The notes beneath the pieces are model-generated. The model was given only the letters and a program-made list of their open reading frames with translations, had not been told where the DNA came from and made no database searches. 64,000 bases of DNA from Raillietiella orientalis. Its lineage: Eukaryota. The position numbers and the translations under genes are program-made. Each line of letters begins with the position of its first letter. Position 1 is the first letter of the stretch. Positions 13,801-26,983 of this stretch are shown here, one piece after another. The stretch spans positions 2,480,001-2,544,000 of the forward strand of contig JAYWIR010000010.1 in the NCBI GenBank assembly GCA_036172245.1, in the 5' to 3' direction.

Positions 13801-16800
13801 CTCGATGTAAGCTTTTAGTCTCTTCGAGCTCTTTGCAGTGTTGTCACTACCAAAAGAAACAAAAAAAAAGCCTAGATTTCACCTAATTAAACAGTTGGGA
13901 TCGATGTATAGATACAGATAGGCGGACAAAAATCTGAATCTGAATCCATGCTGTTCATTGTGGCAACCCTGCTCGGGTGGCTACCTGCAAAAGCAGGCAA
14001 AACCGCGCGCTGCACCATCTAGGGTCGTGCGTACATGACAACTGCTCGCCGGTTAGCGTCTATGGTTCCCGTTTGTTAGGAGGGCGCACGAGACGGGAAA
14101 ACCGACCAACCTAATCCCAGCGGGAGGGCGCGCGCCTCGGATCGCCTCTTGCGTGTGCCATTCGCGAAACGGCAGGTACGCTCACAGCGTGTGCAATGGT
14201 GTGGCGTCGCCGCCGCCTGTAGAAGGTGCGCGTCCCCCACCCCTCCTCTCCCCTCCCCTCCCCCCCCGTCTCCGTGGCGTGCTTCGGATGGGTGTCCTCC
14301 TCTCCCTCCACGGCGAAATGGCACCAAGCGCCCAACAACAACAGCTGGTGCTACTACAGCGACGATGACGTCACGATGCACGCGAATTGCACGAGGACAC
14401 GTCAGCTTGCTACCTGCCATTTCATCGAGAGAGGGAGAGGGAGGGAGAGAGAGAAAGAGGGAGAGGAAAAAAGTGGGCGATACGGCGTGGAAGGCTCTTT
14501 GCCCCGGGCAGGACAAGGCTCCATGACGAGCGATCTGTGAAGCGAAGCAGCGAGAACCGGACAGACGCACCTGTGGCGGACCCGAGCTTTCCCTTGGTGC
14601 CCGTAGAACCAAAAGGAGAGGAAGCAAGATGGAGGCAATGCAGCGGCGGGACCACGGAAGGGAGCACTGGCTGGCGACGGAGGGAGGCCACGCGCGTCCT
14701 CTCATCGCATCCGCGCGTCAGCCGACCCACGCCCGGTGGTCGGTCGCCTCGAGCTGATCCCCGAAACGCACGCGCGTGAGCGCGCGTGGCAGGAGGGAGA
14801 ACCCCGTGACCTTCTTCTCCAGCGGAACGTGCAGGCGCCGATGGCTCTCCCCTCCTTCTCGGGCGCGAGCGTACCATCCGCAATACCCGCCCCGTCGTCC
14901 CCTTTCTCCGACCCCCTCGAGCGAGACTGGCGCCGAGCAGAGGCGGCGCGAGTGGGTCAGTGAGAGGGGTCGCTGCCCGGCGAGCGCGGACAGGGAGAGC
15001 GCAAGCGCGCATGGCTGTGGTGCACCAATCCCCCCCACCTCATCAGCCAGCGCGCTCGCCCCATACTTCTTTGCCTTGCGATTCGGGTGGAAGCGCCCTC
15101 AGCACCTCCCCTCTTCTTTCCTCCTGGAGTAGCCGGCCGTCCTGTCCCCGGCGGCTGACATCCTAACGAGGTTGCCGCAGGCAGACTGTGCTTCCGGCAG
15201 AACCCCGTCGCGGAATCCCCCGTTCTGTTTCCCACATGGGACGGACGTGCCCACCCCACCCCACTCCACCCTCTTGACCTCCCTCGCCCCTCCGACGACG
15301 TCCGTCTGGTCTTCTGGTCACCTCTGCAAGGCGAGGCCGAGGACGCCGCTCCCGGAGGCGGACGGTGCCAACACATCGCGGGAGTCGCGCATTCCGAGAA
15401 GAGACCCCTGCCCGCGAAGGAACTCCTCCTCTTGGGCACCGCGGGCCGGGATAGCCTCCTCCTCTTTCCTATCGATCCTCTCCGCGCAGCGCGCGCGTGG
15501 GACAGCTCTCCGCCGCTGCCAGAGACTCGAGGGAGACTGCTCCACGTCTCCGGGATTCCGCACTCCACATCTGAGAGATGAGGGAGCGCGGGGGAGCCTT
15601 TTTGGCGGGGTTCAAACAAATCCCTGGAGGGGAGGATCCAGGGAGGGCGCTGTGTGCGTGTGTGGGGGGGGAGGGGTCTGATGGATCAAGCTCTCTCGGG
15701 AGTCCTCTCTTGCTGGTCTCCAGCGCGCGTCCACCCACATGGCGTTCGGGGGCACTTGAAGGGCGGGAGAGGGAGTGGAGTAGGAAGAGGCCGCGCTCCC
15801 TGGCACAGGACGGGCGTGTGCAGGGGAGACACAGGGCGTATCCCACTCTCTCCCATCACCCTCCCCTTTTTGCTCTCCTTCCTGCGTGCTGTCTGCCTTC
15901 TGGATGTGCGGAGAATTCCGTCCCGGGGTGGCGCAGGCGCGGCACCTCCCTCCTGAGGTGGCACCCGCCCGAGGGAGTTTCGGAAAGGGGACGAAGGAAC
16001 TGCTCGCAGCATCGGCCGCCTCCCGATCTTTTTGAAGGTGTCGCTCCCTAGCCGATAATTCGCTTTCTTGGGTGTTTCCCTTCCGGGAGGGGAGAGCGCC
16101 TCTAGGAGCAGGGGGGCTGTAGGGGAGAACGCGTTTTCAATTGCATGCGCGCAAAAGAGCCAAGATGGCGCGGCGGCGGCGGTAGTGGTGCCACCTGAAC
16201 AATTTGCCCCCTCTGGCCACCGTCTGAAACAGCAGCGATGAAGCGGGCGAGGTGCCTGCGTAGGGCGAGCTGGGAGACTCGCTCCCAGAGACACGGGGAC
16301 ACGGCAAGTGGACTCGTCCCCTCTTCAGGCAGCTGGGGCAAGGGAGGGAGGAGGAGGAACAGGGATGCCAGGTTGGCTGGTGACTGGTACCACTGGTTTC
16401 CTCTTCTCATGCGCCCGGAGGGGAGTGGGGGGGGGGGTGAGAAAAGCTGACACCTCGGCGGATCGACGGCGGCGGGAGCTCCGGGACTCCTTCCGATTCT
16501 CCCTGATTTCCTCGTAGCGACGGCGAAGAGACCACTCTCGCTGCTGCGGGGAAGGAGGGTCAAGGGACGCAGGGCATCCCCTTCGCGGCATCCGGAAGAG
16601 CCTCTCGGAGAGAAAGGAGGCGCGTGATCTGACGGTCAGCGTCGGGAGGAACTGGCGGCCCGGGAGGGGGCTGGAGGGCGCGGAGCAAGCGGAGAGGGAT
16701 GTTCACGCATCATCCCGGGAGCCCACCTCCCTCGAGGGCTCGGGGGCAGCGGAGAGGTTACTCCGAAGCCCGGTGAGTCGCGCGCACCCTCTCGAGGCAG

Positions 16801-18707
16801 CGGTGGGAACCACGGAAGCGCCCTGGCCTCGTCTCTTCTTCCTGAATCCTAAGGGAGATCTCGTTGTGCTTCCCGGGAAAAATAGGGACGACCGGGCCAG
16901 GAACACCTCCTGATCCTTTCCTTCCCTCCCTCCCTGAGACTGAAGGTACCGGTAAGTTCTTCGAATCCCCTTTCTCCGGGAATGCGGTTCCCGCGCCCTT
17001 TTACGAGGCCCTCGTTGCTACCGTTGCCGAGCTGCACCCGGGAGGCGGACAGAGGAGCCGGAGAAGCAGGGAGGAACAGAGAACCAGGATGGTCCATGCA
17101 GGCCCATATATGTGATCCTCTTCCACCCCTGCGCGATCGCAGCGTACCCGGAAAAACTTCCGGCGAGCATTCTTCGCTTGCGCTGCCAGAGAAGCGGCTC
17201 TCTTGGGGGAGCTCTCACGGCGATATCCCATGCGCCCCGAGCCACGTACGGCCCCAGAATTCCCATCCTCGACCTCCTACCTCGGAAAACATGGGGATCC
17301 AGGGACTCCCCGGTTTCTGCTAGAGCCTCATCGCAGGGTAGCCTCGCTGGGCCGTCTCCCCGCGTCCCTCAGGAGCGGTGGATGGCGGCAGCTACCTTTG
17401 CTCGCCCCATTCTCTTCCAGCATCATGCTCCCCGTACCACGGGCGGAAGAATCCGCGCGCTCGTGCAACTTCCTTCCGAGTCCTTTCCGGAAGGGCAAGG
17501 AGGAGTCAGACTCCTCACTGGGGCTTCCGAGAGCGGCCGGCCGAAGCCCCCAAGTCACTCACTACTGCTGTTCAAATCCGGCGTGTAGGGACGCCTCCCT
17601 CCCCGGGATTCGCTCTCCAGCACACTTCCAGGGGCCCACGAGAAGCCCCTTGGAGGGTCCTTCCTGTCGTCTCCTGTTTCTTCGATCTCGGCGACCCCGT
17701 CCCACCCCTTCCCACTGTGGCTGAGCCCGATGCTCTCGGGTCAGCAGCCAATCAGAGGAGGAGGAGGGAGAGAGAGCGCATGCAGAATTATTGAAGGCAC
17801 CAGTCAGGAAGGAGGTCTGTCTGTCCCTCGCTATTCCGCTCGGGAGCGAGACATCCCGCCCTCAGTTACCCTCGCGGGCACCATGGTAGCGGCGGGAACA
17901 CGAAGGAGAAGCCACGGGGCACACGGCGATCCTGTTCTCTCCTGGAGGAGGACAAGGGGCGAGGAGGATGCTCGGAGCGGCTGGGAAGAGCGCGCTTCGG
18001 GAAGGGCACGGAGGCCGCAGGACCTTCCTGTCCGGCGGGACCACGTGACAGCCAGCAACGTTTCCTGCCAGCAGGTTGCCACGGGACAGGAAGGACCCTC
18101 GACCTCTTTCGATGTCCCAAGAGGAGCCGGCACAATTGGGAGGAAGGGCGGGGAGCGCCGCCACCTCTGCCCGAGCCAAGGCAGGATGAGATGAGCGGCG
18201 GTCCTCCCTCCGTTCCATCCCAGAAGAGTCCTCCTGTTCGCTGGAGGTTTCCGCTTCTTCATCCCCCCTTCCTTTCTTCTCTCCGGAGGCGAACCCTTCT
18301 TGAGGCGGGCATCACGAGACGAGGAAAAGGGGAGAGGTCGCCGTGCGCGCGGGAGCAGTTCTTGGAGCGCCCACTGACCTCAGGAGCCTCAACGGAGTGC
18401 TCCCCTTGCTCCTCTCGCCTATTTGCGTTCCTGCGTGGGTCTTTTCCCGGAAGGGGGAACATGCACGAGCGTGCCCACCCACGGGGAGCTGGCGGGATGA
18501 AAGGTAGAGGGAGGTAGGGGGAAGGGAGGAACAAACAGATTCCTCCGGAAGCCGTTGCTTCCTGTGCGCCCTCCATCTCCATTGCAACGTCCTTCCGAGG
18601 TGACGTACTCACTGCGCGAGCCGCCGGCATCCCTAGAAACCTAACCTCCTTCCCGAAATGCGCGCTCCGCCTAGACGGCCGGCTGGTGTCTCGACGAGAA
18701 GCCCCAC

Positions 18708-18758
18708 CGGAATACATTCGCTGCGCTCCGGTAGCCGGCGCGCAGCGAATGTATTCCG
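18708..18758. repeat. Near-perfect inverted repeat / hairpin
   Basis: cggaatacattcgctgcgc (19 nt), one mismatch, ccgg-tag-ccgg, then gcgcagcgaatgtattccg. Confidence 0.85.
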
Positions 18759-21700
18759 CGGGACGCGCGAGAGAGCTCCTGACCGACGAACGCGGAAAAC
18801 GCGCGCAAGAAGCAACGCCCCGGACGTCGCGCGCGCGCGCGAGTCCCGAGGCGATGGATGCGGTCTGTCTGCATCGTCCGCCGTTCCGGCCGCGTCGTGG
18901 TCGTCGCTGTCCCCCGTCTCCGCGTCCGGCGGAGACGGAAGCAGATGGCGCGCTTTCCTCCAGTTTCTCTCTCGGACCCTTTTCGATTTCCGCCGCTTCT
19001 CCTCGAGGTGCGTTCCATCGGACGGCGAGAGTGAGACGCGGAGTCCTGGACGTCTCAAGCCCTGGAACGCCCTCCGCGGGCGCTCGTCCAAGTGTTCGGA
19101 CGCAAGCACAGGAGCGAGGGGGGTAGGAAGAGGAACGGAGAAAACCGGGCGGCAGCTCGGTTCTCCTCAAGCAGGTTGCCTCAGGAAGGGGTGGTTCCCT
19201 GGCTTCACTAGGGACCCTCGCGCATTTACCCTCGTGGGCGTCGCACCCACACTCGATGTCCGCCCACCGCCGCCACCTTGGCGTTTTCTCCATCTTGATG
19301 CGCAGCCTTTGCGGACGCATCTTCGAACGAGGGCTCCCGGACTCGCAGGGGTCGGCACGGGATAAGGTGACGACCCGTCTCTTTTCAGCAAGTGCGGGGC
19401 GACGCCCGTATCCCTGCAAATCAGTTACAAGGGGGGTTCAGAGTAAATGCCTTGGACGTCTTCCAATCTTCCTGTTAAAAGAGGGAAAGGTATTTTCCGA
19501 TGCAGAGGAAGGTCCGCAACGGGCATTTCCCTCCCCCCCCTCCCGTTTCGCGGGACGCCTGCGCCCACGGCCACCCACGCGACCGCGCAGGCTCGTGAAC
19601 GAGCGGAAGCGACAAACCGAGTCGGCGCCTGAAGGCCGCGACCGCTGGAATGCTGACATCACTCTCGGCAGAAATGCAGTCAGCGCCACCTCTGCGTTTC
19701 TTGGGCGCGTCGAGCCACCGAGGTAAGCAGCAGCGGAAAGGAAGAGAAAGGGGCAAGAGGAGGGTGGACAAAAATGGGGGAGCCAGAGCGAAGGGACCCT
19801 CTTCCCGGGGGAAGCAGCGGGGAAGCTGCCCGACGGGCTCTTGCACCTTTCGCCATGCTCCACTCGCTCGCCGCAGGTGCCGTCGGCGGAAGTGGTGTCG
19901 TCCCTCCCCCCTCACTCTCCTTCTCCCTCTCCCCGAGACGCGTCCTTAGGCCGAGGCCGCTGCCGCCTCCGGGGCCGATTCTTCCGGGAAGCAGGTAGGT
20001 GGCAGCAACTCGCGGCTTGATGGCCGGCGGGACTGCAAGAGAACAGAGGGAACGAGTTACGGGGGACACGGAGAGGTTGGTGGAATAGAGGGAACTTGTG
20101 TGGAGGGAGGAAAAGCAGACGATCGCATCCCCTTCCTCCCTTGAAACAAACACCCACGTCTCGCAAATCGATGGATGGTCTTCGCTCCCCCCCCCCCCCC
20201 AACCTCGTGGGCAGCACCTCCCACTCCAAGGAAGCGAAGAATTCCTCAGAGATTCTTGCGCTTGGCGAGGGGTGCACCGGGAGAAGGGAAGGGAAGAGCC
20301 ACCTCCTCTTCCCTTCTTCTCCTGTCTTTCTTGGTATGGGTGGGAGGAGGACCGTTCGTCCCTACCGCTCTGCTGGGGAGCCCTCCCACTTTCCAGGAGA
20401 CGGTCTACTTCCGGGTTGTTCTGAGCTTCCGAAGAGAGGAGGAAACCCGGAGAGGAAGAGAGCGGTCCTCTGCCGCGACTCGGGTGGAAGTGCCGGCGGC
20501 AGGCGATCCCGGACGCTCGCCGCCGATCTTTCCTGGTCCGCGTCAGGAAGACGGGCACCCTTCGCAAGGCTACGTCTCCTCCTCCCTTTTCCCCGCCTCA
20601 CGGGAGGAACGCACCGCCGCAGTCATGACGACGGCGGTGGCGACAAGATTCGACGAGATGCCCGCCTCCTGCGCGGGGCTTGGCCCCCCTGCCTCCGGCA
20701 CCCGGAAAAACGCGTGCGGACGCGGGGGTTTCGGGTCGCGCCGCCTCCGGTCAGGAGGGGCGCGGATGGAAGAGGACGGGAGGATGGCCGACCGAGAGCC
20801 GGTGAGGAGTCAGGCTTCCCACGAGCCCCTGGGGCATTCCTCAGTGGCCCGGACGGGATACAGCACGGGCGGAACCCACCTCAGGGGATTCGCCCAACCT
20901 CCGGGAGGCTGGTTGAACGAGACGAAGGTGTCGGGAGGGAGGGAGAGGAAGGAGAAGGGGGCAAAGTTTCCAGGCGTACTTAAGTTCCCTCCCAGGAGCC
21001 CAGAAATCTCTTCTGGGGAGCTGCTACTGCGGCACACTGTCTCCTCCTCTTCTGTCTCCCTCCTGTCCGCCCAACCACTCCAGTTCGCCCTGCTGATTCC
21101 GGGACTCTTCGGAACCGGCTGCTGGTGACGAAGTCGAGAATGAGAAGAAGGAGGTGGGGGTGAGGAGGCGCTCGTTCCTCCGGTATCTAAGCCTTTACGG
21201 GAAGCCGAGCACAGGGCGAAGCGCCTTTCAGGTCCAGCCCTTCCTGGGGTGTCGACAGAGTGCCTTGGACCCTCGCAGGTCAGGACAGGAAAGGGAGAGG
21301 AAGGGAATGGAATAGGGCAGCAGTCGTCCTCAGGACTCCTCCCCCTTCCGAGCCCTCTCCACGGGATGCGCGCGCCGAGCGACGAGGCACGCCCTCTCCG
21401 TCGCCCCATCTCCTTTCTTCCGGGCGCCTTGAGCGCGCGGCAGGAAGCAGGGATCGCCGCCCGGACGAGTCGAGTAGTCCAGGGTAGAAGGGAGCCGTGG
21501 GTCCAGGGAAGAACCCACGGCTCCCTTCCCAGAGGCGAGCGTTCCGGGTGCCGTCTCCTTCCAGGGACGCGCAGTGTCCACCTCTGCCTCCGCGCAGGTT
21601 CCTTCACACCCGCCTCTCGTGCCCGCAAGGGAGGAGGGAGGGGAGGAGAGAGTCCAGAACGTCCCCGATGCTTTGCCGTGTCGAGGAGCGAGGGAGAAAC

Positions 21701-21973
21701 AGAAGCCAGCAGTAGCGATGCAGGTGGAAGCAGCGTCCAATTCCAGCCACCGCGCCATGTTCCTCTCCCTTTGACGTGAATTGGGGTGGTGAGCGGCAAG
21801 GTCGAGGACGGACCCATCTCGCCTTTCGGGGGACAGGGTGGAGAGAGGGGTGGGAAGGAAGGGAGGAAGTCGGAAGGGAAGGGGAGATGTGCGGGGGGCG
21901 AGTGGGAGCGTTCCCAAAAGGCTCCACGCCGCTCCCTCAATGAAAAGTCGAATGCGTGGCTCGAATGGTCGGC

Positions 21974-21979
21974 TTTATT
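21974..21979 (-). promoter_or_regulatory. Likely polyadenylation signal of MARVEL gene B
   Basis: AATAAA on the minus strand ~200 nt after the stop codon, in otherwise GC-rich DNA. Confidence 0.5.
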
Positions 21980-22176
21980 TATACAGGTGTGAGTTGCGGG
22001 GCGCGTGTGCGCGCGCCTCCGTGCGTCACGCCGCTCCGGAGGTCCTTCGGGAGGAGTCTCTCAAAACTTCGTGCGCAACCTGCAGGTTTCCTTCGGCCAA
22101 AAGTCAGTGGGTCAGCAGCAACAACAAGCACTCTCCATGGCGTGGCAGTGGATCCGGGAAGGGCGGAAAGGCGGGG

Positions 22177-25100
22177 TCAGGCCTGCGGCAGCTTCCACTC
22201 CTTGTACAGGTAGTAGAAGCCGATTCCGTATGCCAGGGCGTTTACGATTCCGAAGATCTGCGCAGGCATAGCAACGGGGAAAGTCAGCAAAGCAGCATCG
22301 CGCCCCTGTCACGCCCGCAGGACGCTCCACGTCCCTTTTTCACCCACCCACCCAACCCCTTCCTTCTCCCAGGACGTACCCCCGCTGCGAGGTAGCGGCC
22401 GTACGTGAACGCACTCAGGGATGTCAGCTCCACGATGAAGGCAATGACGTAGAGGATGACGGCCAACAGGGTGTACAGCAGCTCCTAGAAAGCAGTGCGT
22501 GATGAGGGCGAGCAGGAAGAGGAGTGAGGGAAGGGACAGGGACGGGGAAGGACTGACGGAGAACTCACCGACAACGTCCAGTTGATGGGTAACTTCAGCG
22601 CCTGCTTGATGGACAGCAAGTACACGAAGCACCACAGCAGCGTGCTGATGAAGCAGGTGACGGCAACAAAGAGGAACCAGTGGGAGCTCCCAGAGATGGC
22701 GGGGGAGCCACACCCCATACAGATGATCCCCAGGACCTGGAAAGACGGCGAGGAGAGTGAGAGCGCGAGAGAGCCCGCACCGGGGCGGCACGCGGAGTCG
22801 AATTCCGAGGGACCAAAAGAGGAGGGCGCCGCTGTCGGGGGGAGGGAGGATTCCAACCACTGGGAATAGAGGGAGGGCGGTTCACGCGTTCGAACTCGCG
22901 GCTCGTAGCTGCATGCAGACGTTGCCACCACTCCCTGCTTCCGCAAAGGGCGCGCTTCTTCCTCCTCCCGCGTACCGGTGAACTTTGAACTAAATCCGTA
23001 CCGTCCTTCCCTCGCTCCTCCTTCCCTCCCTATCCTTTCCAAGGAAGAAAAACGGTCTCGCTTCGCGCTGGTCCTAAAAAATCGTGGAGGGGAGGGGAGG
23101 AGAGATGCATCTGGTGCTCTTCACTGTGCTATTCCCAAACCATACCGCGCTGCGCAGCTCCCATCTAAGAGGGATGGCGCAAGTGGACGCGTAGTGGACT
23201 GCTATTCCCCAGCTTTGTTATTCCTTGCTGTTTCAGTCTATACGGTAGCAACCTACTCTCGCTGGTCCCCGGACCGAACCACCTACGGGCATCTTCCGGG
23301 AAGGGTCTGCTATTCGGACAACCAAAACGCAGTAGAGAGAGAGAGGGAGACTTTTAGGTAGGTAGGTAGGCCTGCCAGCTGTATCCAAACTCTGTGCGAT
23401 GCTCCATAGCGGTAAGAATCAGCGCATCTCTTAATGAGGCCTTCCTGTTCGTCTTTAGGCCCGTTGACCATGAAACCATCGTCTCGCCTCCTTTGAAATC
23501 GCTGGCAACTGGAGAACAAAAAGTGAAAGTCAGTAGAAAATGAGGGTGCGGGGGAGATTGCGTGGAAGGACATCGGCTGTGTCGGTGATGGACACTTGTT
23601 GAGGAACACCCAGATGGCCCATTCTTGAGGTGCTGCTGTCTGCAAGGGGATGCGTCCAAGTAGGGGGAAGGCAACGCCTACCGGGCACGACATGCATCGA
23701 CTGCTAGAGGCACTACCAGAGCGTGAAATGCCCCCTGGGAGCACTTTCCCAGCAGGAACAAAGGGTGAGTCTCCTATCCGGAAACCGTATCTTTCCGAGA
23801 CGTAGGAGGAGGGGAGAAAAAACAAAGAGAAAGCGGGAGAGCGGCGTGGGTGGACTGACCTACGCGCGCACGCACATCCTTGGCGGGTGCTCAGCACTGC
23901 GTTGTCGCTCACATGCGAACAAGTCTCTAGAATCCCCCTCCCCGACGCCAGAAGTCAACTCGTCCCAAACACCAGAAAAAAAAGAAAGAAAGAAACCTTC
24001 GGCCTGGCAGGGTTCCACTGCCCTTTTTGGTCATCCCGTAGAAATAGAAACAAGTAAAGGTACAGGAGTCCGTTCACTGCTCTGGATCAATGTGTTAAGA
24101 CATCGATGAGAATTTTTTGCCTCGAGGGTCACCTATGGCTTTATTGGCACACAAAAAAAAAAGAATGGCTAATCTGCCCTATTTCTCGCCGCTGAAACAT
24201 TCCATCCGAGAGCGACAGGGAAAAGTTGAAGAGGTTTCATAGTGAAGCTCTGCGTCCCTGCCATCCTGCTAAGCAGCAGCCCGGATCCGCACTTTTTTCC
24301 GATGAATCCAGAACAGGGGTAGCCAGGGAGAGGGAGTAAAGAGAGAGAACAAGCAAAAGATGAAGGGTGTATCATTCCGATTCGCGACTCTGCGCAACGA
24401 CGTTTACAGCTAACACTTCCGAGTTTCTTCGACGTAGTGGCCGCATGCATAATTGCCACGGAGAAGAGCACCGAGAGAGATCCGTGATCAAGATGCTTCG
24501 AATCCATTCCTTCCCACAACCTTCCAAATTGCGTTCTTCTTTCTCCCTTCCACCCACTCAGAAGGCAACCTCAACCTCCTTGAAAGTCTTGCGCGCATTA
24601 GAGCAAAACGAACGGTCTTACTTGAAGGAGGATGCCCCCCCCCCCTCTTCATCAATACAAAAAAATATTAAAAACAAAATAAAAAAAATATGCCCACTAT
24701 ACGGTGAATCGTCTGAGGAGCACCGGTTGCTCTGCGGCCCAGACTGATAGCAACAAGGCTTCCCTGCTTCCGCATAGACCTATCCGTGCGCTGAAACTCA
24801 TCCTTGCTGCCCAAATGTGATCTCTTAACGAGCACCTGAACCTCATCCGCGAACGTTTAGGGATGAGCTGCTTCATTTCCGCAAAAGGAGAGAAGACGCT
24901 CTCCCAAACGAGCACCAAAGGGAGGGTTTTCCGGAATGGTGTGTGGTCAGGAGAGCAGTGCTTTTTTCCCTATCCCTGATAACAAGGGAGAAAACAACTT
25001 GCTTTGTCTCTAAGCCGGGACCTTTGGAGCTTAAAAAGCACCTACTGTTGGGAGATATGAAAGAGAGCTGCGAAATTCAAGGCTGATGGGGAAAAGAAAG

Positions 25101-26983
25101 CTGTATTAAGTAAAAATCATTTGGTTGTTCCCCGCTGCTTGTCAGGAGGAGGAAGAGGTGACCAACAGCTCGCGCATTTGCATCGAGCAGCATCTTCAAG
25201 AAGCGAAAAGACTGGGCAATACTTCCTTGTCCAGGAGCCCACCACCTCTCGCTAGAAGCCCTCCTGGTGACAGTGGAAAACGCATGTGTCAGTCTCCTAT
25301 CTCGCGGTGGGTCTCCTGGGATCTCCTCTCGCTAGCAACCACTTTGCTTCCGTCAACAACTGGTAGGGATACCCGTGGCGCGCATGTACACTTTAAATCG
25401 AACTAATGTGTTCAACTTGACGTATGTGTTGAGTATGTGTTGACAGCAAGTAACGACACCGTCGTCAGGTTTGTTGAACTTTAGTTCGATAAACCCGCGT
25501 CACCCGACATTCAACTTTTAACCTGATTCTGCCCGCTGCATCGAAAGCCTACACGTGTTCGTTTTCTTTTCTCTGATACCGCGGCTCCCAAAGGATGGTT
25601 CGACCGCTGCTCTACGAACCCCAGTTCCGGGAACGAACAAACGTGTTCGTAGGGAATAGCGGAAAAGAAGGCACAGCTCTGACATTGTGACTCTCCGTAC
25701 ACGAAACTGCAGCTCGATAGCTCGGGCTCTTCAGCTGCGATAGTTCGACCGCATGTCCGCTTTTTATAATCCAGTAATAAAAAGCCATTCGATTCTGTTC
25801 GTACGAAGCAATCCTCCTGAAGGTCTGCGACGTCCGAAAAACCAAGAGGCTGGAGTCTCGGTGATTGGCGATCAACCAGCAGTATGTTCTCCCGAACTTC
25901 ATACCCCACTAGTTTCGAGCTCCATGTAGCTAGCTAATTGCATGTGAGTTACAAAAAGATAAAAAAAAAAAAAAAAACGACTGTAACATGCAGTTTCACT
26001 TTCATCTCTGTTTGAGAGGGACGACAGATCTGATTTCGAACTCCGAGCATGTGACAACAAGGCACCTGGTGGCTTTTTGGCACGGAACACGGCAAAATAG
26101 AGAACAAACATACTGAAGGCTGCCAGCGACACGAAACACTGTGCCAAAAATATTATTAGAACAAACCAAAATTGTTCGTGCAACAGATTGTAGTGAAGGC
26201 CATCGAAACGCTACGTTGTGATTTCGAATGAATGCATCGAGTCTGTGACCATGAGATCAGTGAAATCAGCAAAACACGGATAGCGGTAGCGTCGCTAGAG
26301 ATTCCAGCGTCACATTCCGGGATGCGATTCGACGAACAGCAGCATCAAATGAAGCTGATCAACTCGGTAGCTCCCTGAAAAACGCATACTCTCTGCCTGC
26401 ATAGCAATAAACGCATAGGATCAGCTGCTGGTGCTCTGCACTTCATTCAACAGCTCGGTGAATTCCGTTTTGAACGTTAGATTTGACCTCCTTCCCGCAG
26501 ATTGCACAAACGGGAAAAATTCCAATTCGCTTCCACGACCGTTCCGTAAGCATCTGAAATAAGATTGCCGCAACAGCGATTTTTCAGTGCCGTAATTTTC
26601 ATCATCGTAACAAAAACGTCTGTCTACGCGCAAAGGAGAGTCGCTTATTCGTGCCAAATAGATACACATCCGCTCGCACGAGAAGTTTTGGATTACTAGC
26701 AAATTCATTGCATAATGGGCGATTTTTTTTGGCGCGTGTTGGGCAGGCTTGCAGTACGTTCCTTCGCACAGAATATCCGTCATACACAGAAATACAGTAC
26801 AAAGTGGTTACTTACCAGTTGAATTACTTTGATGATTCCAGGTGGGGAACGAAAATATTCCACATTTAAGCGCAAACCATCATCAGTCCTTTGATCTGGA
26901 ATTCCCTCATTGACCTTCACGTGGATCGTCGTAGCTTGACCCCTAGATTCACCACCCGACTGACCGCGCGATTCATTCATCAT
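22177..26983 (-). CDS. MARVEL-domain (CMTM4/plasmolipin-like) four-TM protein, gene B, 173 aa, 4 coding exons
   Basis: Exons 26983-26816 (MMNES...LNVEYFRSPPGIIKVIQL), 22736-22569 (VLGIICMGCGSPA...HWFLFVAVTCFISTLLWCFVYLLSI...PINWTLS), 22484-22380 (ELLYTLLAVILYVIAFIVEL...YLAAG), 22257-22177 (IFGIVNALAYGIGFYYLYKEWKLPQA*). GT-AG phase-0 introns. Start ATG is the first in exon 1; an upstream exon is not excluded. Confidence 0.9.

Noticed and set aside
13770..14025. CTCF-like motifs and a TGGCAACCCTG TIR-like end
   Set aside because: Partial matches only, with no paired terminus.
8000..22000. Dozens of 100-556 aa ORFs on both strands
   Set aside because: Overlap in several frames with no recognisable domain or consistent exon chain; expected at this GC content.
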